In this document: one piece after another, positions 1 through 10,049 of the stretch | How the letters are laid out: each line of letters begins with the position of its first letter | Position numbering within the stretch: the stretch's first letter is position 1 | Translations under genes and position numbers: made by a program | Notes under the pieces: model-generated | Told to the model about the DNA's origin: nothing | Seen by the model: only the letters and a program-made list of their open reading frames with translations | Database searches by the model: none | IMG/VR virus record: IMGVR_UViG_3300024308_000302 | Location: 62,001 to 126,000 of that record | DNA length: 64,000 nucleotides | Strand: one strand, 5' to 3'

Positions 1-31
1 CCAAAGACCCTATCAAGAGCACTCAGAGACA

Positions 32-634
32 TTAGCAAATACCCATCGCAACATCAAGGTCTTCTGCCAGTTTTTGCTGGTTTTCTGGCGAGAACGTTTC
101 CATCAGGTTTTCGATTTCAGCATTGACGAATGCACGCATAGCTTTGATGTTGTCAGTGACAGACATTTTGCCATTCAAGGTTGCAACATACAATTGAGTA
201 TGGGAAATGTAGTTACGAACAGTAACCAGTTTCAGACCACCACCCAGCATGAAGTTAACAGGCACATTATTGTCGTTGTCAAGATGGAAACCATCGAAGT
301 CATCACCATTTTCAATGGTGCGATTATCAAGGTCTACAACAACAACTTTACGAGCACTGAGCGAAGTCATAGGGGTGGACTTGTTCAGGAAAATAGTGGT
401 ATTTTTTGCACCTTTTGGCTTGGCATAACCAATTACAACAAAGCGATTTTCGATAACTCGCACAACTTGCGTTTCACCACTGTCCATAACCAGAGACAGA
501 ACACCATCAACATCGGTTTTTTCCAGAACAAAGTTCTGAGTAAGCATTTTGGAAACAGCTTTCATTTCACTGTTTTTAGCAAAGATGCTGACCAGTTTTG
601 CTTTCAGTGCCGAATGATTCAGTGCTTTAGTCAT
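32..634 (-). CDS. hypothetical protein
   Basis: Open ORF; start MTKALN after AAGGA RBS; no motif recognised. Confidence 0.8.
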   Translation of the reverse strand: MTKALNHSALKAKLVSIFAKNSEMKAVSKMLTQNFVLEKTDVDGVLSLVMDSGETQVVRVIENRFVVIGYAKPKGAKNTTIFLNKSTPMTSLSARKVVVVDLDNRTIENGDDFDGFHLDNDNNVPVNFMLGGGLKLVTVRNYISHTQLYVATLNGKMSVTDNIKAMRAFVNAEIENLMETFSPENQQKLAEDLDVAMGIC

Positions 635-704
635 TGTGTAATTCCTTTCTTCGTTGATTTGATGTGTATAGTATAGCAAAAACCTGTTGTTTGAACAAGT
701 TTTT

Positions 705-1382
705 TTAAAGTTTTACGCAAACATTTCCGACTTCATCAAGGAATAAAATTTCACTAGATTCAACAACATCCCGTAGATGTTTCAAACGAGTTTCTTCAAC
801 ATCTTTATTGATACGAGTCACGATAACCGTAACAGTGTCTGGCAATGCAGTGAAATTCAAGATAGATTCTTTACCGGGCTGTGCTGGCTTAATCGCATAC
901 TTGTCTCGAACTTGAATTTTTTTACCTTCAAAAATCACAATGTCAGTAGGTTGATTTTTCAAAGAAACTTCAAAATAAGAATTATCAATAGAAACCAGAA
1001 TGTCAGTTGGACGCCGACCTTCCAACATAGGAATTTTAAGATTCAATACGGATTCAGTAAAAATACTATTAACAGAATTGAATTGCTCATTGGTTACAGA
1101 AACAGAGTGCATAACAGTTTCATTTTTAAGTTTATTTCGGAAGTTAACAATAAACTCTTGTTCAATATCAGCATCCAGATTTTTAACCAAGTCATTGGCG
1201 TTATTCAAAACATCCAGCACATGATCAAAATGAAATTCAAGACCACTGGATGGAAGCATACCTTCAACATTTGAAGCCGCCATAGAAACCACATCAGACA
1301 TTGAAGTCAATTGTTTAGAAAGACCTTGAACGGAAGCCAAAGAAGAAATGTTGCCAACGATAATAATAGACATGTTATTCAC
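705..1382 (-). CDS. hypothetical protein
   Basis: 225 aa co-oriented ORF, no motif. Confidence 0.8.
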   Translation of the reverse strand: MNNMSIIIVGNISSLASVQGLSKQLTSMSDVVSMAASNVEGMLPSSGLEFHFDHVLDVLNNANDLVKNLDADIEQEFIVNFRNKLKNETVMHSVSVTNEQFNSVNSIFTESVLNLKIPMLEGRRPTDILVSIDNSYFEVSLKNQPTDIVIFEGKKIQVRDKYAIKPAQPGKESILNFTALPDTVTVIVTRINKDVEETRLKHLRDVVESSEILFLDEVGNVCVKL

Positions 1383-1472
1383 CTGAATGTTTGTAGGTTC
1401 CTATTATACCTAAAAAAGAAAAAAATGACAACAAAAAAGCCGCTCGAAAGCGGCTTAAAAATTAAATTTATA

Positions 1473-2111
1473 TTATTCGTTCATCATAGCTTGCAGAATG
1501 GCAATAGATTTTACTCTTGGTTGTAAAAGCTCTTTAACCGCCCACATTTTTTCAAACAAATTAAACCAAAAAACAGAATCCCAAGATTTCAAAGAGTGAA
1601 GTTCGGTACTATTAAGGCTATGTTCAGTGCAAAGAGCTTTAATAATAGCTTCAATCAATTCACCACAAGCTTTTTTCCAACTGTTATCAATGTTTTCTGG
1701 CATATTGAATAAAAGTGGGTGACTTGCAAGTACAGTAAGTTCTTGAGAAGTAATACTTCGTTGTGAATCAAAATTGCAAGAAGCAAAAACATCAATATTT
1801 GCTTCAATATACTTATATTGCATAAGTTTCATTTCTCGTTCCACAACACGAGATTTATAAAAATCAGGAATAAGTTTTTTAATATCTTTGTCAATAATTA
1901 AAGGTTCTTGAAGATCTTTTGGAATATTCATGACTGCTTTACGAGGATTGGTTTCTTTCAAACCATCAACATGCAATTTACCATCACTGCCCCAATAGGC
2001 AAATGGTTCGCGTAAAAGAAGATGTGATAAAACAGAAAGGCGACTAGGAAAAATAGTAGGACTTTTAAGCATGAGACGCTTAACAATAACATCGGCATGA
2101 GCAAGTTTCAT
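1473..2111 (-). CDS. hypothetical protein
   Basis: 212 aa ORF, followed by terminator GCCGC-TCGAAA-GCGGC at ~1440-1455. Confidence 0.8.
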   Translation of the reverse strand: MKLAHADVIVKRLMLKSPTIFPSRLSVLSHLLLREPFAYWGSDGKLHVDGLKETNPRKAVMNIPKDLQEPLIIDKDIKKLIPDFYKSRVVEREMKLMQYKYIEANIDVFASCNFDSQRSITSQELTVLASHPLLFNMPENIDNSWKKACGELIEAIIKALCTEHSLNSTELHSLKSWDSVFWFNLFEKMWAVKELLQPRVKSIAILQAMMNE

Positions 2112-2191
2112 AAAATTTCTCCTGTGATAAGGACGCCATTATACACATTATACAAAAAGAATACAATAAAAAACCGCCCGAAGGCGGCTTT

Positions 2192-2593
2192 TTAATTGTT
2201 CAAGTCATCAAATGAGAACCGGAGTGGCATAATATCACCAAATTTAAACACTTTGAAGTCACCATCAATATTTGACAAGATAACTTCAGCGTCAGGTTCC
2301 AAAAATTCACTCATAACCTGAAGGCACGCACCACAAGGAACAATATGTTTTTCGGTATCAGCAGTAATAGCAATGCTGATGTAATCACCTTTTTTGCAGC
2401 CTTGCATATGGGCAGAATAAATAGCAGTACGTTCAGCACACATACAAAGTGAATATGAAGCGTTTTCGATGTTCGCACCCAAAAAAACACCTTTAGTGGT
2501 CAAAAGTGCGGCACCTACAGGGAATTTGGAAGCCAGCGAGTGAGTAAAGCTTTTAGCTTCAATCGATTTTTGAACAAGTTCCTTGTGATTCAT
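2192..2593 (-). CDS. cdd: cytidine deaminase (homotetrameric type)
   Basis: FPVGAAL, GANIENASY, Zn motifs CAE and PCGAC; start MNHKEL. Confidence 0.93.
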   Translation of the reverse strand: MNHKELVQKSIEAKSFTHSLASKFPVGAALLTTKGVFLGANIENASYSLCMCAERTAIYSAHMQGCKKGDYISIAITADTEKHIVPCGACLQVMSEFLEPDAEVILSNIDGDFKVFKFGDIMPLRFSFDDLNN

Positions 2594-2725
2594 TCGAAGT
2601 CTCTTTCTCATAAGTGGTTGATTATATGAGTGCAGTATAGCAAAGAAAGCATTATCAATCAAGCAAAATAAACATTTTCAAAATAAAAACCCGGCTTAAT
2701 GCCGGGTAAAGTATGCTTTGTAAGT

Positions 2726-3085
2726 TTAAACAGACATTTTTTTCAACTGTTCAACAAAAGCACTCGATTCAAAACGTTCAATGTCAGCAAAATTATTTTG
2801 CCCACCAGTAAAATCACGACGCCCTTTACAAGTTCTGAACAGAACTTTCAAGCCATCGCTGCCAAAGGATTGTCCAATTTGAATATAAAGTTTTTCACTA
2901 TGAAGAGTAACTTCACCAGAAACAGCAATACCAGCTTTATTGCTACGAATATCATAGGAACCAACAGGAAGATTAAGTTTCGTAGCAAGTTCTTTCAGGG
3001 CTTTTTTACCAGCACGATGAAAAGCGTCCTTGTCTTTTTCGTTATAAGAAAGATCTTTTTTGTTTAACTGTTGAAGAGTAGCCAT
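2726..3085 (-). CDS. hypothetical phage protein
   Basis: 119 aa ORF with RBS and own promoter/terminator. Confidence 0.8.
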   Translation of the reverse strand: MATLQQLNKKDLSYNEKDKDAFHRAGKKALKELATKLNLPVGSYDIRSNKAGIAVSGEVTLHSEKLYIQIGQSFGSDGLKVLFRTCKGRRDFTGGQNNFADIERFESSAFVEQLKKMSV

Positions 3086-3166
3086 TTTGTAAACCTCACT
3101 TGGTAAGAATTAAAGCTATTATACACATTTATTGATAAAGAGACAACAAATATTAACTGATTAAAA

Positions 3167-3412
3167 TTATTGTGAAATATGTAGCTGAACGGTGTCAGTG
3201 ACCAGACCAAAAACATCAATATCATATTGTTCAACACGCGGATCATCCCAGTTGAGTTCTTTCAAGTGAGCAACGAATTTCACATAATCATCATGATCTT
3301 TGAAATGAAAAGCGGATGAACGTGGGCCACCCATATAGAAATGACCAGCACTGGACTTGCAAAGGTATTGGTGCGAACCTGCAGAATTTACGGTGCTTGC
3401 AAAAATGGTCAT
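3167..3412 (-). CDS. hypothetical protein
   Basis: 81 aa ORF, AAAGG RBS. Confidence 0.75.
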   Translation of the reverse strand: MTIFASTVNSAGSHQYLCKSSAGHFYMGGPRSSAFHFKDHDDYVKFVAHLKELNWDDPRVEQYDIDVFGLVTDTVQLHISQ

Positions 3413-3510
3413 GACGAATCCTTTTTTTGAAAATGAGCTATGTATTGGATAAAGTCATTATACACATTTTAAGTTTTTAAGGCAAGAAAAAAGCGGCTCA
3501 TGCCGCTTTC

Positions 3511-3720
3511 TTATAGGAAAAGTGGTGAATGGGAAAGAGCAAGACCACACATCAATGAAAGCTTTTTCCGGGTTTGGTGTCTTTCATAACGTTGAGCATC
3601 AGTCATATTTCGCTCACGTTCTCTCATATCAGCTTCATACTGTGCTTGACGAACAGCTTTTGCAGCAACAGAAGCATTTTTACGTTCTTCAAAGGAACCA
3701 CGATTTTTAGCCTGCCCCAT
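3511..3720 (-). CDS. small basic hypothetical protein
   Basis: Start MGQAKNRG after GGAGG RBS. Confidence 0.75.
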   Translation of the reverse strand: MGQAKNRGSFEERKNASVAAKAVRQAQYEADMRERERNMTDAQRYERHQTRKKLSLMCGLALSHSPLFL

Positions 3721-3740
3721 AAACCCTCCAGAAAGTTTGA

Positions 3741-4109
3741 TTAACCTTGACGATGGTAACCATTTTTGTTCCAAAAATTACGGCTTGCAGAACAACCAAT
3801 TCCAACATACTGCTTACGGTCACCATTCAATTTATCGAGAAGAATAGTGCCAATGCCTTGACGACGTTTAGACTTGCGAACAAAAACCATTGTTTCATAG
3901 CCCACATAAGCTCTATCTGTAACGCTGACAGCCACACCTACAGGGACATTATGTTGATCATAGTGCAAGACCACATCTGCAAGGATGCCACCATTACGAA
4001 CAGCCACAAGCAAGCCAGAGAGCATATAACCTGAAACATACAAACGCGATTTCAAGGCAATGTCAGCATTAATCTGGTTTTGATTAGTGAGTACAAGTTT
4101 TTTAGCCAT
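3741..4109 (-). CDS. GNAT-family acetyltransferase
   Basis: Acetyl-CoA motif A: FVRKSKRRQGIGTILL; C-terminal FW..NGY. Confidence 0.75.
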   Translation of the reverse strand: MAKKLVLTNQNQINADIALKSRLYVSGYMLSGLLVAVRNGGILADVVLHYDQHNVPVGVAVSVTDRAYVGYETMVFVRKSKRRQGIGTILLDKLNGDRKQYVGIGCSASRNFWNKNGYHRQG

Positions 4110-4182
4110 GATAAGTGCTCTCTGTTAAGATAGGGGCATTATACCATAAAATGTTTTTCAAATGCAAAGAAAAAACGCTGGA

Positions 4183-5316
4183 TTAACCAGCGTCTTCGGT
4201 AGTCACACCAAGTGCTCCAAGGTCTACTTCGTCTAAAGACCAGTCAGACAAGTGATTACGAGAATAGAAAGTCAAGTAATCGTTTTTGAAGCCTCGAACC
4301 GCATTCATCACAAAAGAGAACTGTGGATGACCTTTCAGAGCAATTGCAACATCTTTGATAGGTTGGCCAACAAATTGCTTAGCAATTTCGTGGACTTCTT
4401 TATCAAGGTTTTCAATATGAGCCTTGATGCTATCATTGATATGATGAATGGTAGTCAAATCTGCTTCTGGTGCGTTCAATGCTAAGTAAGCAATATAATC
4501 ATCAAGTTTCTCTTCGACAACCAGTCGGGCAATGTCACGCTGACGAACAAAGGTAACAGCATGGTGCAATTCCATATACCATTTGGTTTTGATTTTAACC
4601 ATTTCACCATTCGCAAATTGAATTACATAACCTTCAATACCTTGAACAGTATTCAGCGACTTGATAAGGCTTGGCAAATCATAACCAACACCAAACAGCG
4701 GCTTGTTAACTGGAATATCAAACTTTGCAGCCAAAATTTCTTTTTCAACTGGCATGAGATATTCACCAGTGATATTGTCACGAACATGAAGCAAAGTCAT
4801 GTTTTCTTCGTCATATCGCAGAACAATACGATGGCTTGGCGAAGTGAACTCGAAAATAGGCGAAAGATTTGCCATCGAGCAATATTTAGTGAAATCGTAG
4901 TATTTCTGGTTTTTAGCAACAAACCCTTCTGATGCAACAGCAACATCAGATTTGAACGATTTTTTCGATTTCGCAAAGAACTGACCGTTCAGGAAACCAG
5001 CCGAAATCATCGAGCCGTCCATTTTGTCAAAACCCGCAACCATCGTATCCCAATTCAATACAGCGGGTTGAACTTCTGCACGCTCTGCAAGGTTGAAGAA
5101 TTTGTGCAGTGGGCGGGAAAGAATTTTGCCATCAGCATCAAAAGCGATACCACGGGCTTCTTTTTCCATCGGAGTGGTGAAGGACTCACCATTGCTGATA
5201 TTGTAGCAAATGACAGTAGCGTCATTCGATTGTTTGTTGATGCCAATGTATTCCTTATGTTGAACATGAGGAAGCATATCGTTGATGGTTTCGATACGTG
5301 GGAAGATACTGGGCAT
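4183..5316 (-). CDS. rnlA: T4 Rnl1-like RNA ligase
   Basis: Nucleotidyltransferase motifs KMDGS (I), EGYVI (IV), VKIK (V), plus KFFN and IFEF. Confidence 0.9.
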   Translation of the reverse strand: MPSIFPRIETINDMLPHVQHKEYIGINKQSNDATVICYNISNGESFTTPMEKEARGIAFDADGKILSRPLHKFFNLAERAEVQPAVLNWDTMVAGFDKMDGSMISAGFLNGQFFAKSKKSFKSDVAVASEGFVAKNQKYYDFTKYCSMANLSPIFEFTSPSHRIVLRYDEENMTLLHVRDNITGEYLMPVEKEILAAKFDIPVNKPLFGVGYDLPSLIKSLNTVQGIEGYVIQFANGEMVKIKTKWYMELHHAVTFVRQRDIARLVVEEKLDDYIAYLALNAPEADLTTIHHINDSIKAHIENLDKEVHEIAKQFVGQPIKDVAIALKGHPQFSFVMNAVRGFKNDYLTFYSRNHLSDWSLDEVDLGALGVTTEDAG

Positions 5317-5472
5317 TTGATAGACTCACTGTCTGTTTAAGTGTGATGATTATATCTCAAATACAATAATAAGACAAGGTAAAATCCGTTAAAAGAAAAA
5401 AAATATGATTTATAACGATTGAGAAAAACAAAAAAGGCCATCCCAAGATGACCTTTCAAGAAAACAGGACGA

Positions 5473-5913
5473 TTAATCCAACATCAGTTTTGGGCAGATC
5501 CTCAGAATATCTTGTTTCAGTTTGCGTTCAAGCTCATTGGCTTTTTGAAGAATGTCTTTTACATCATCCAGTTGACGGAAAAGTTCTTGTACGGCTGGGT
5601 TTTGGGCGGCGTCTTCACGAGCTTTACGAAGTTCAAGAATGCACCGACCACTCCAATCATGCTGCACAGATTCAACCAATGGATAATAGAACTCATCACT
5701 ACTGTCACGCTCATAATTGGACTCATAATGATATTCAGTATTACCAGCACGGTCATAGCCTTCGGCATTGTAACCATAGCTATCATAACCATCGTCATCA
5801 TAATCGGCATCTGGATTTTTGCCATTACCATAGCCACCACCATTTTTTTCGTACCAATCTTGGTCTTTGCTGTAGGAAGTGCCAACGGTAGGAGAGTATT
5901 TACCAACGCCCAT
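5473..5913 (-). CDS. hypothetical protein with short YDxxGY-type repeats
   Basis: DYDDDGYDSYGYNAEGYDRAG segment. Confidence 0.8.
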   Translation of the reverse strand: MGVGKYSPTVGTSYSKDQDWYEKNGGGYGNGKNPDADYDDDGYDSYGYNAEGYDRAGNTEYHYESNYERDSSDEFYYPLVESVQHDWSGRCILELRKAREDAAQNPAVQELFRQLDDVKDILQKANELERKLKQDILRICPKLMLD

Positions 5914-5989
5914 TTTTGAATCCCTCAATGATTTTTGATGAAGTGATTATAGCAAAAGACAGTTTTTACAGCAAGCAAAATCTACAATT

Positions 5990-6385
5990 TTAAGAATAAT
6001 CCCATTTACCATGGAATTGACGCAGGTTTTGTGCCAAATCAGCAAGAATAAATCCTTCACCTTCACCCTTGTAAGTTACAAGCCAAACATAAGTTGAAGT
6101 TTTGGCCATATTTTCGGCTTCTTCACGGGACAAACCTTCATGCAAGATTTCTGGATCAATACAGAAATCATATACACAGTCATCGTCATCATCACTATAG
6201 CGATGTTCACGTTTTGGTTCTGGTTTGTAGATGGGTTCCATGTGATAAGCAACAAGCTCTTCAAACATAGAAGGATTATCCGCCAGAGTGAAGGTTTCTG
6301 CTTTGAACGTTTCCGAATAAAATTCTTCTGCATAGGCGATAGCTGCTTGGCCAGCAGGGGAACGCAGAAATTCATTAGTCAACAT
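5990..6385 (-). CDS. acidic hypothetical protein
   Basis: 131 aa ORF. Confidence 0.8.
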   Translation of the reverse strand: MLTNEFLRSPAGQAAIAYAEEFYSETFKAETFTLADNPSMFEELVAYHMEPIYKPEPKREHRYSDDDDDCVYDFCIDPEILHEGLSREEAENMAKTSTYVWLVTYKGEGEGFILADLAQNLRQFHGKWDYS

Positions 6386-6484
6386 GATTTAGCCTTGTTT
6401 AAGATTTAAGCTATTATACCAAAAAATATAGAGAATGAAAAGAAAAAAGCCCCTTATGGAGCTTTATAAAAGAATGTTAGACCA

Positions 6485-6859
6485 TTAACCACCAATAGCA
6501 TGTCGTGGAGGGCCATCTTTAGGGAATTCAGTTGGTTTTTGAGCTTCTTTTTCCTCAAGTGCAGCACGTTCACGTTCTTCATCTTCTGGAAGAATTTGAG
6601 TCAAAATACATTTATCATCCATAAGAATTTTACGACCATCAGCATCTTTCATAGTAATAAACTTAATGGCTCGACCATGTGGAATTTCAGTAATAGAATA
6701 TGGGCCAGAATCGATCATAACTTTGTTATAATAAAAACATTTAACATCATATTTTTCAGTTTTGTCAGTATTACCCATATTGGCAGCATTTGCAGGTTGA
6801 AAACCAGACACTGCAGCCAGTGCAACAATAAAAACAAGCGATGCAAAAGTTTTATTCAT
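6485..6859 (-). CDS. putative exported protein
   Basis: Sec signal MNKTFASLVFIVALAAVSGFQPANA; two Cys. Confidence 0.75.
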   Translation of the reverse strand: MNKTFASLVFIVALAAVSGFQPANAANMGNTDKTEKYDVKCFYYNKVMIDSGPYSITEIPHGRAIKFITMKDADGRKILMDDKCILTQILPEDEERERAALEEKEAQKPTEFPKDGPPRHAIGG

Positions 6860-6951
6860 GATTTGTATTTTCCTGTAAAAGAGAGGCAATTATAGCATGT
6901 ATTAAAAAAATAAAAAGCCTACATTGAGATATAGGCTAATAAGTGTAATTA

Positions 6952-7143
6952 TTAAGCGTAAGTCACACGCTCAAATTTATGATCAGCAACAGCTTTCAAA
7001 GCAAGTTCTTGAGTGTAGCCAGAAGGAAGGACAAGCCACATTTCATTTGTACGACATTCAAAAAGGTTTACTGCAAATCCAGCCTGCATCGCTCGCTTGA
7101 AATCACCTTCATTTTTGATAACTTTTACACGAATCTCGCTCAT
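6952..7143 (-). CDS. hypothetical protein
   Basis: 63 aa ORF with promoter. Confidence 0.7.
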   Translation of the reverse strand: MSEIRVKVIKNEGDFKRAMQAGFAVNLFECRTNEMWLVLPSGYTQELALKAVADHKFERVTYA

Positions 7144-7201
7144 TTTGATAACTCTCTTTCTGTTTAAGATGGGGCTATTTTACCACCAAACAAAATCAAT
7201 A

Positions 7202-7951
7202 TCAACATTTTTTAACAAGTTCGATGATAACATAATTGTATACATCATGGATTTCTGATGACAAAATAAACTTGATATAATCAGCTTTCACATCAAAAAA
7301 TGTTGTGTCACAAAGAAGGTTTGCTTCTTCCCCACTAATCAGCTTAGGTTGACGCATGTTTTCAAACCATACAATAGAACTGGAATGAAGAGTTTCTTTC
7401 TTATGTTTAGAACTAAAAGGATAACTGCCAACATCCCAGATATAAGCATTATGCCCAATTAAAGATTCAAGTGAAAAAGTCGTAGCACAAAGAACATTGA
7501 ATTTGGCTTCTGCAACTTTAAAGGCCGCTTCTTGTGATTTCAAAGCCTCTCGCTGTGCCTCAAGTTCTTTCTTTTGAGTCACCAAAGCTGCCTGAGATTT
7601 TTCAACTTCATCAAATTTAGGGTCTTTCAACACTTCATTAGATGGTATTGTGATACGAACATGACAGTTATAACTATTCATAACATCACGGTTAGCAATG
7701 TTATGGATATATACCATATCATGAAAATCAATAGACAAAGATTGATCAGCAAAATGAACAGAATAGACGCGATCAACCAGATTATCTTTAGTCAAAAAGC
7801 GATAGCTGCCAGCACGCCCACCACCTTTTTCTGGATAGGATACATAGAGATGCACGCTTTTATGCAATTCAAACATATGCATAAGGCATGCTTCTGCTGA
7901 AACCCATTGATGTGGATTAACTGTAAACTTAGACATAACTGGAAGCTCCAT
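7202..7951 (-). CDS. hypothetical protein with central coiled coil
   Basis: 249 aa ORF. Confidence 0.8.
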   Translation of the reverse strand: MELPVMSKFTVNPHQWVSAEACLMHMFELHKSVHLYVSYPEKGGGRAGSYRFLTKDNLVDRVYSVHFADQSLSIDFHDMVYIHNIANRDVMNSYNCHVRITIPSNEVLKDPKFDEVEKSQAALVTQKKELEAQREALKSQEAAFKVAEAKFNVLCATTFSLESLIGHNAYIWDVGSYPFSSKHKKETLHSSSIVWFENMRQPKLISGEEANLLCDTTFFDVKADYIKFILSSEIHDVYNYVIIELVKKC

Positions 7952-7998
7952 TAAAGATGACTTATTATATCAAAATTAAGAATTTCAAGCAATACCTA

Positions 7999-8472
7999 TT
8001 AATTAGGCTTTAACATCTTGCCACGAAAATATTCTTGGAGCATCACAAAAAAATGAACAACTGCGGCCAAAACGCAGACAGCAAATATCGAAAAAACAAT
8101 AATAGACGCAAACATCCAAACGTTTCGCATACCTGTTTGAAGCTTATGACCACGACTAAATGTGAAAACCTGACCTTGAAGGGCATGAGCGTGCATATAA
8201 GGAGTTATTTCAGTTCGTTTAGTGATATTATCCACACCAAAATAAATATCACCATAATAACGATAAGTAGTTTTTTGTTTGTATTTATGAGGGTAGGCAA
8301 CCGGGTCTTTACTAACAAGCGTGCCAAAAACTGGCTCACTGTACCATTGAAGGTATTTTACCGCAAAAGGAGTCGCCATCAAAACAATAATGATCATAAA
8401 AGACCATACAATATTGTATTGAAAATTAAATTTTACTATAGAAAAATAAGATTTCCAAAAACCATCTTTCAT
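7999..8472 (-). CDS. membrane protein
   Basis: Two hydrophobic segments flanking a soluble loop. Confidence 0.75.
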   Translation of the reverse strand: MKDGFWKSYFSIVKFNFQYNIVWSFMIIIVLMATPFAVKYLQWYSEPVFGTLVSKDPVAYPHKYKQKTTYRYYGDIYFGVDNITKRTEITPYMHAHALQGQVFTFSRGHKLQTGMRNVWMFASIIVFSIFAVCVLAAVVHFFVMLQEYFRGKMLKPN

Positions 8473-8750
8473 GATGTTTCTCCAATTGAGATTAGAGATA
8501 TTTTATCAAAAAACAGAGTTAAAGGCAACCATCAAAGGTTGCTTTAATATGTATCGTCATCCTCATCAACCGTATCATGAAGGTTGTATTCACTTGATTT
8601 TTGTTGTTCACGTTGCTGCTGGTAATAAGATTCACGTTCTTGTTTATCTTTTGGAACACCAAACATATCAGTACCACCCTGATAACGTTTATTGCCATGA
8701 AGATCATAATCAGACATAAATACTCCTAATGTAGTTAGTTTGATAAATTC

Positions 8751-9227
8751 TTAAACAACTGTTTCTTTTAATGGAAAATGATATTTAGCAGACTCTTCCA
8801 ATGCTTGTTTGAATTCATAATAACCTTTTTGAAGAGCTTCAATGAATGTTTCAGTATCAGTAAAAAGCTGATGATGTTTAGTGTAAGGCATAATTTTCTG
8901 AGCGAACTCTTTGAGTTCCTTAATACGCTCTTCATAAGCCTTATCAATCATTTTTTTAGAATCAGCATCAATATCACGAAGAACTCGCAAATTGATAACT
9001 GCCTTTTGTACAATCATAATGCAGGAATGAAGTTTATCTACATTGGCATTGAAAAGGTTATCTTGAAGAGCAATAGCAGATTTAACTTCGTTATTAGCTT
9101 GTTGATTTGCAAAAAGAGAAATATGTTTTACCAAACGTTCATCACGCTCAATCGACTCTTTAGCCAAAGAAATCAAATTGCAGACTTGAGCAGCACAATT
9201 TTCAGAGATACGAATGGAATTGGACAT
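8751..9227 (-). CDS. hypothetical helical protein
   Basis: 158 aa ORF, AAGG RBS. Confidence 0.8.
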   Translation of the reverse strand: MSNSIRISENCAAQVCNLISLAKESIERDERLVKHISLFANQQANNEVKSAIALQDNLFNANVDKLHSCIMIVQKAVINLRVLRDIDADSKKMIDKAYEERIKELKEFAQKIMPYTKHHQLFTDTETFIEALQKGYYEFKQALEESAKYHFPLKETVV

Positions 9228-9329
9228 TTGATTATCTACCTTGGGAAGTGAACTACATTATAATAAATTTTAACGAATAAAACAACAAATTTTAGATATA
9301 AAAAAAAGGGCCGAAGCCCTTTTTGTTTT

Positions 9330-9980
9330 TTAATCTTCCTTCATAATCGAAAGAACTTTGATGAACAAGTTGATAATGTCAAGGTAAAGATTTGCAGCAG
9401 AATCGACAGCATTATCTACAGTTTTTTCAAGCGACATTGCAACAGCCCAATCGCCACCAATGAAACCACAGAAGATAAGTGCCACAGCCCAATCAAGAAT
9501 GGTCAAATGTTGCTCAAAAACAAACATGAGAACCAACTGAACCACAATCGCAATCAACAATGCCCAAAACAAACCAGACAAAATGCTTTTGAAGAAATTA
9601 GGAGCCAATGTACCTGCAGCAATCATACCAACTGTAACAAGAGCGGTCGTTTGAATGGCATTTGAAACAACTTCTGGTGATACACCATCCAAAATCAAGG
9701 TCAATACAATGCCAAGTGGAACAGCAATGAAATTATAACCAATAAAGCTTACAAGAGGGTTTGAAGATGCATGAATCATAATCGATCCAATAATACAAGA
9801 TACAAAGTATCCAACCAAAAGCATCCAACCCAAAGCCTTGACAGTCTCTACTGGAACAGTTGCCACAATATACCAGTTGATAGCAAAGCCATACAACAGA
9901 ACAGCACCAATGATAAAGTTATACATATTTGCAGAAATAGTGTCACTACCAGCAGTATAACTTTTATTAAGTGTAGTCAT
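9330..9980 (-). CDS. Bax inhibitor-1/YccA family membrane protein
   Basis: About 7 TM helices; C-terminal signature AANLYLDIINLF. Confidence 0.88.
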   Translation of the reverse strand: MTTLNKSYTAGSDTISANMYNFIIGAVLLYGFAINWYIVATVPVETVKALGWMLLVGYFVSCIIGSIMIHASSNPLVSFIGYNFIAVPLGIVLTLILDGVSPEVVSNAIQTTALVTVGMIAAGTLAPNFFKSILSGLFWALLIAIVVQLVLMFVFEQHLTILDWAVALIFCGFIGGDWAVAMSLEKTVDNAVDSAANLYLDIINLFIKVLSIMKED

Positions 9981-10049
9981 AATAAGTTCTAATCTCCTAT
10001 GTGTTTGAACGATGTTATTATATCAAAAAGCGATTATCAATGCAACATT

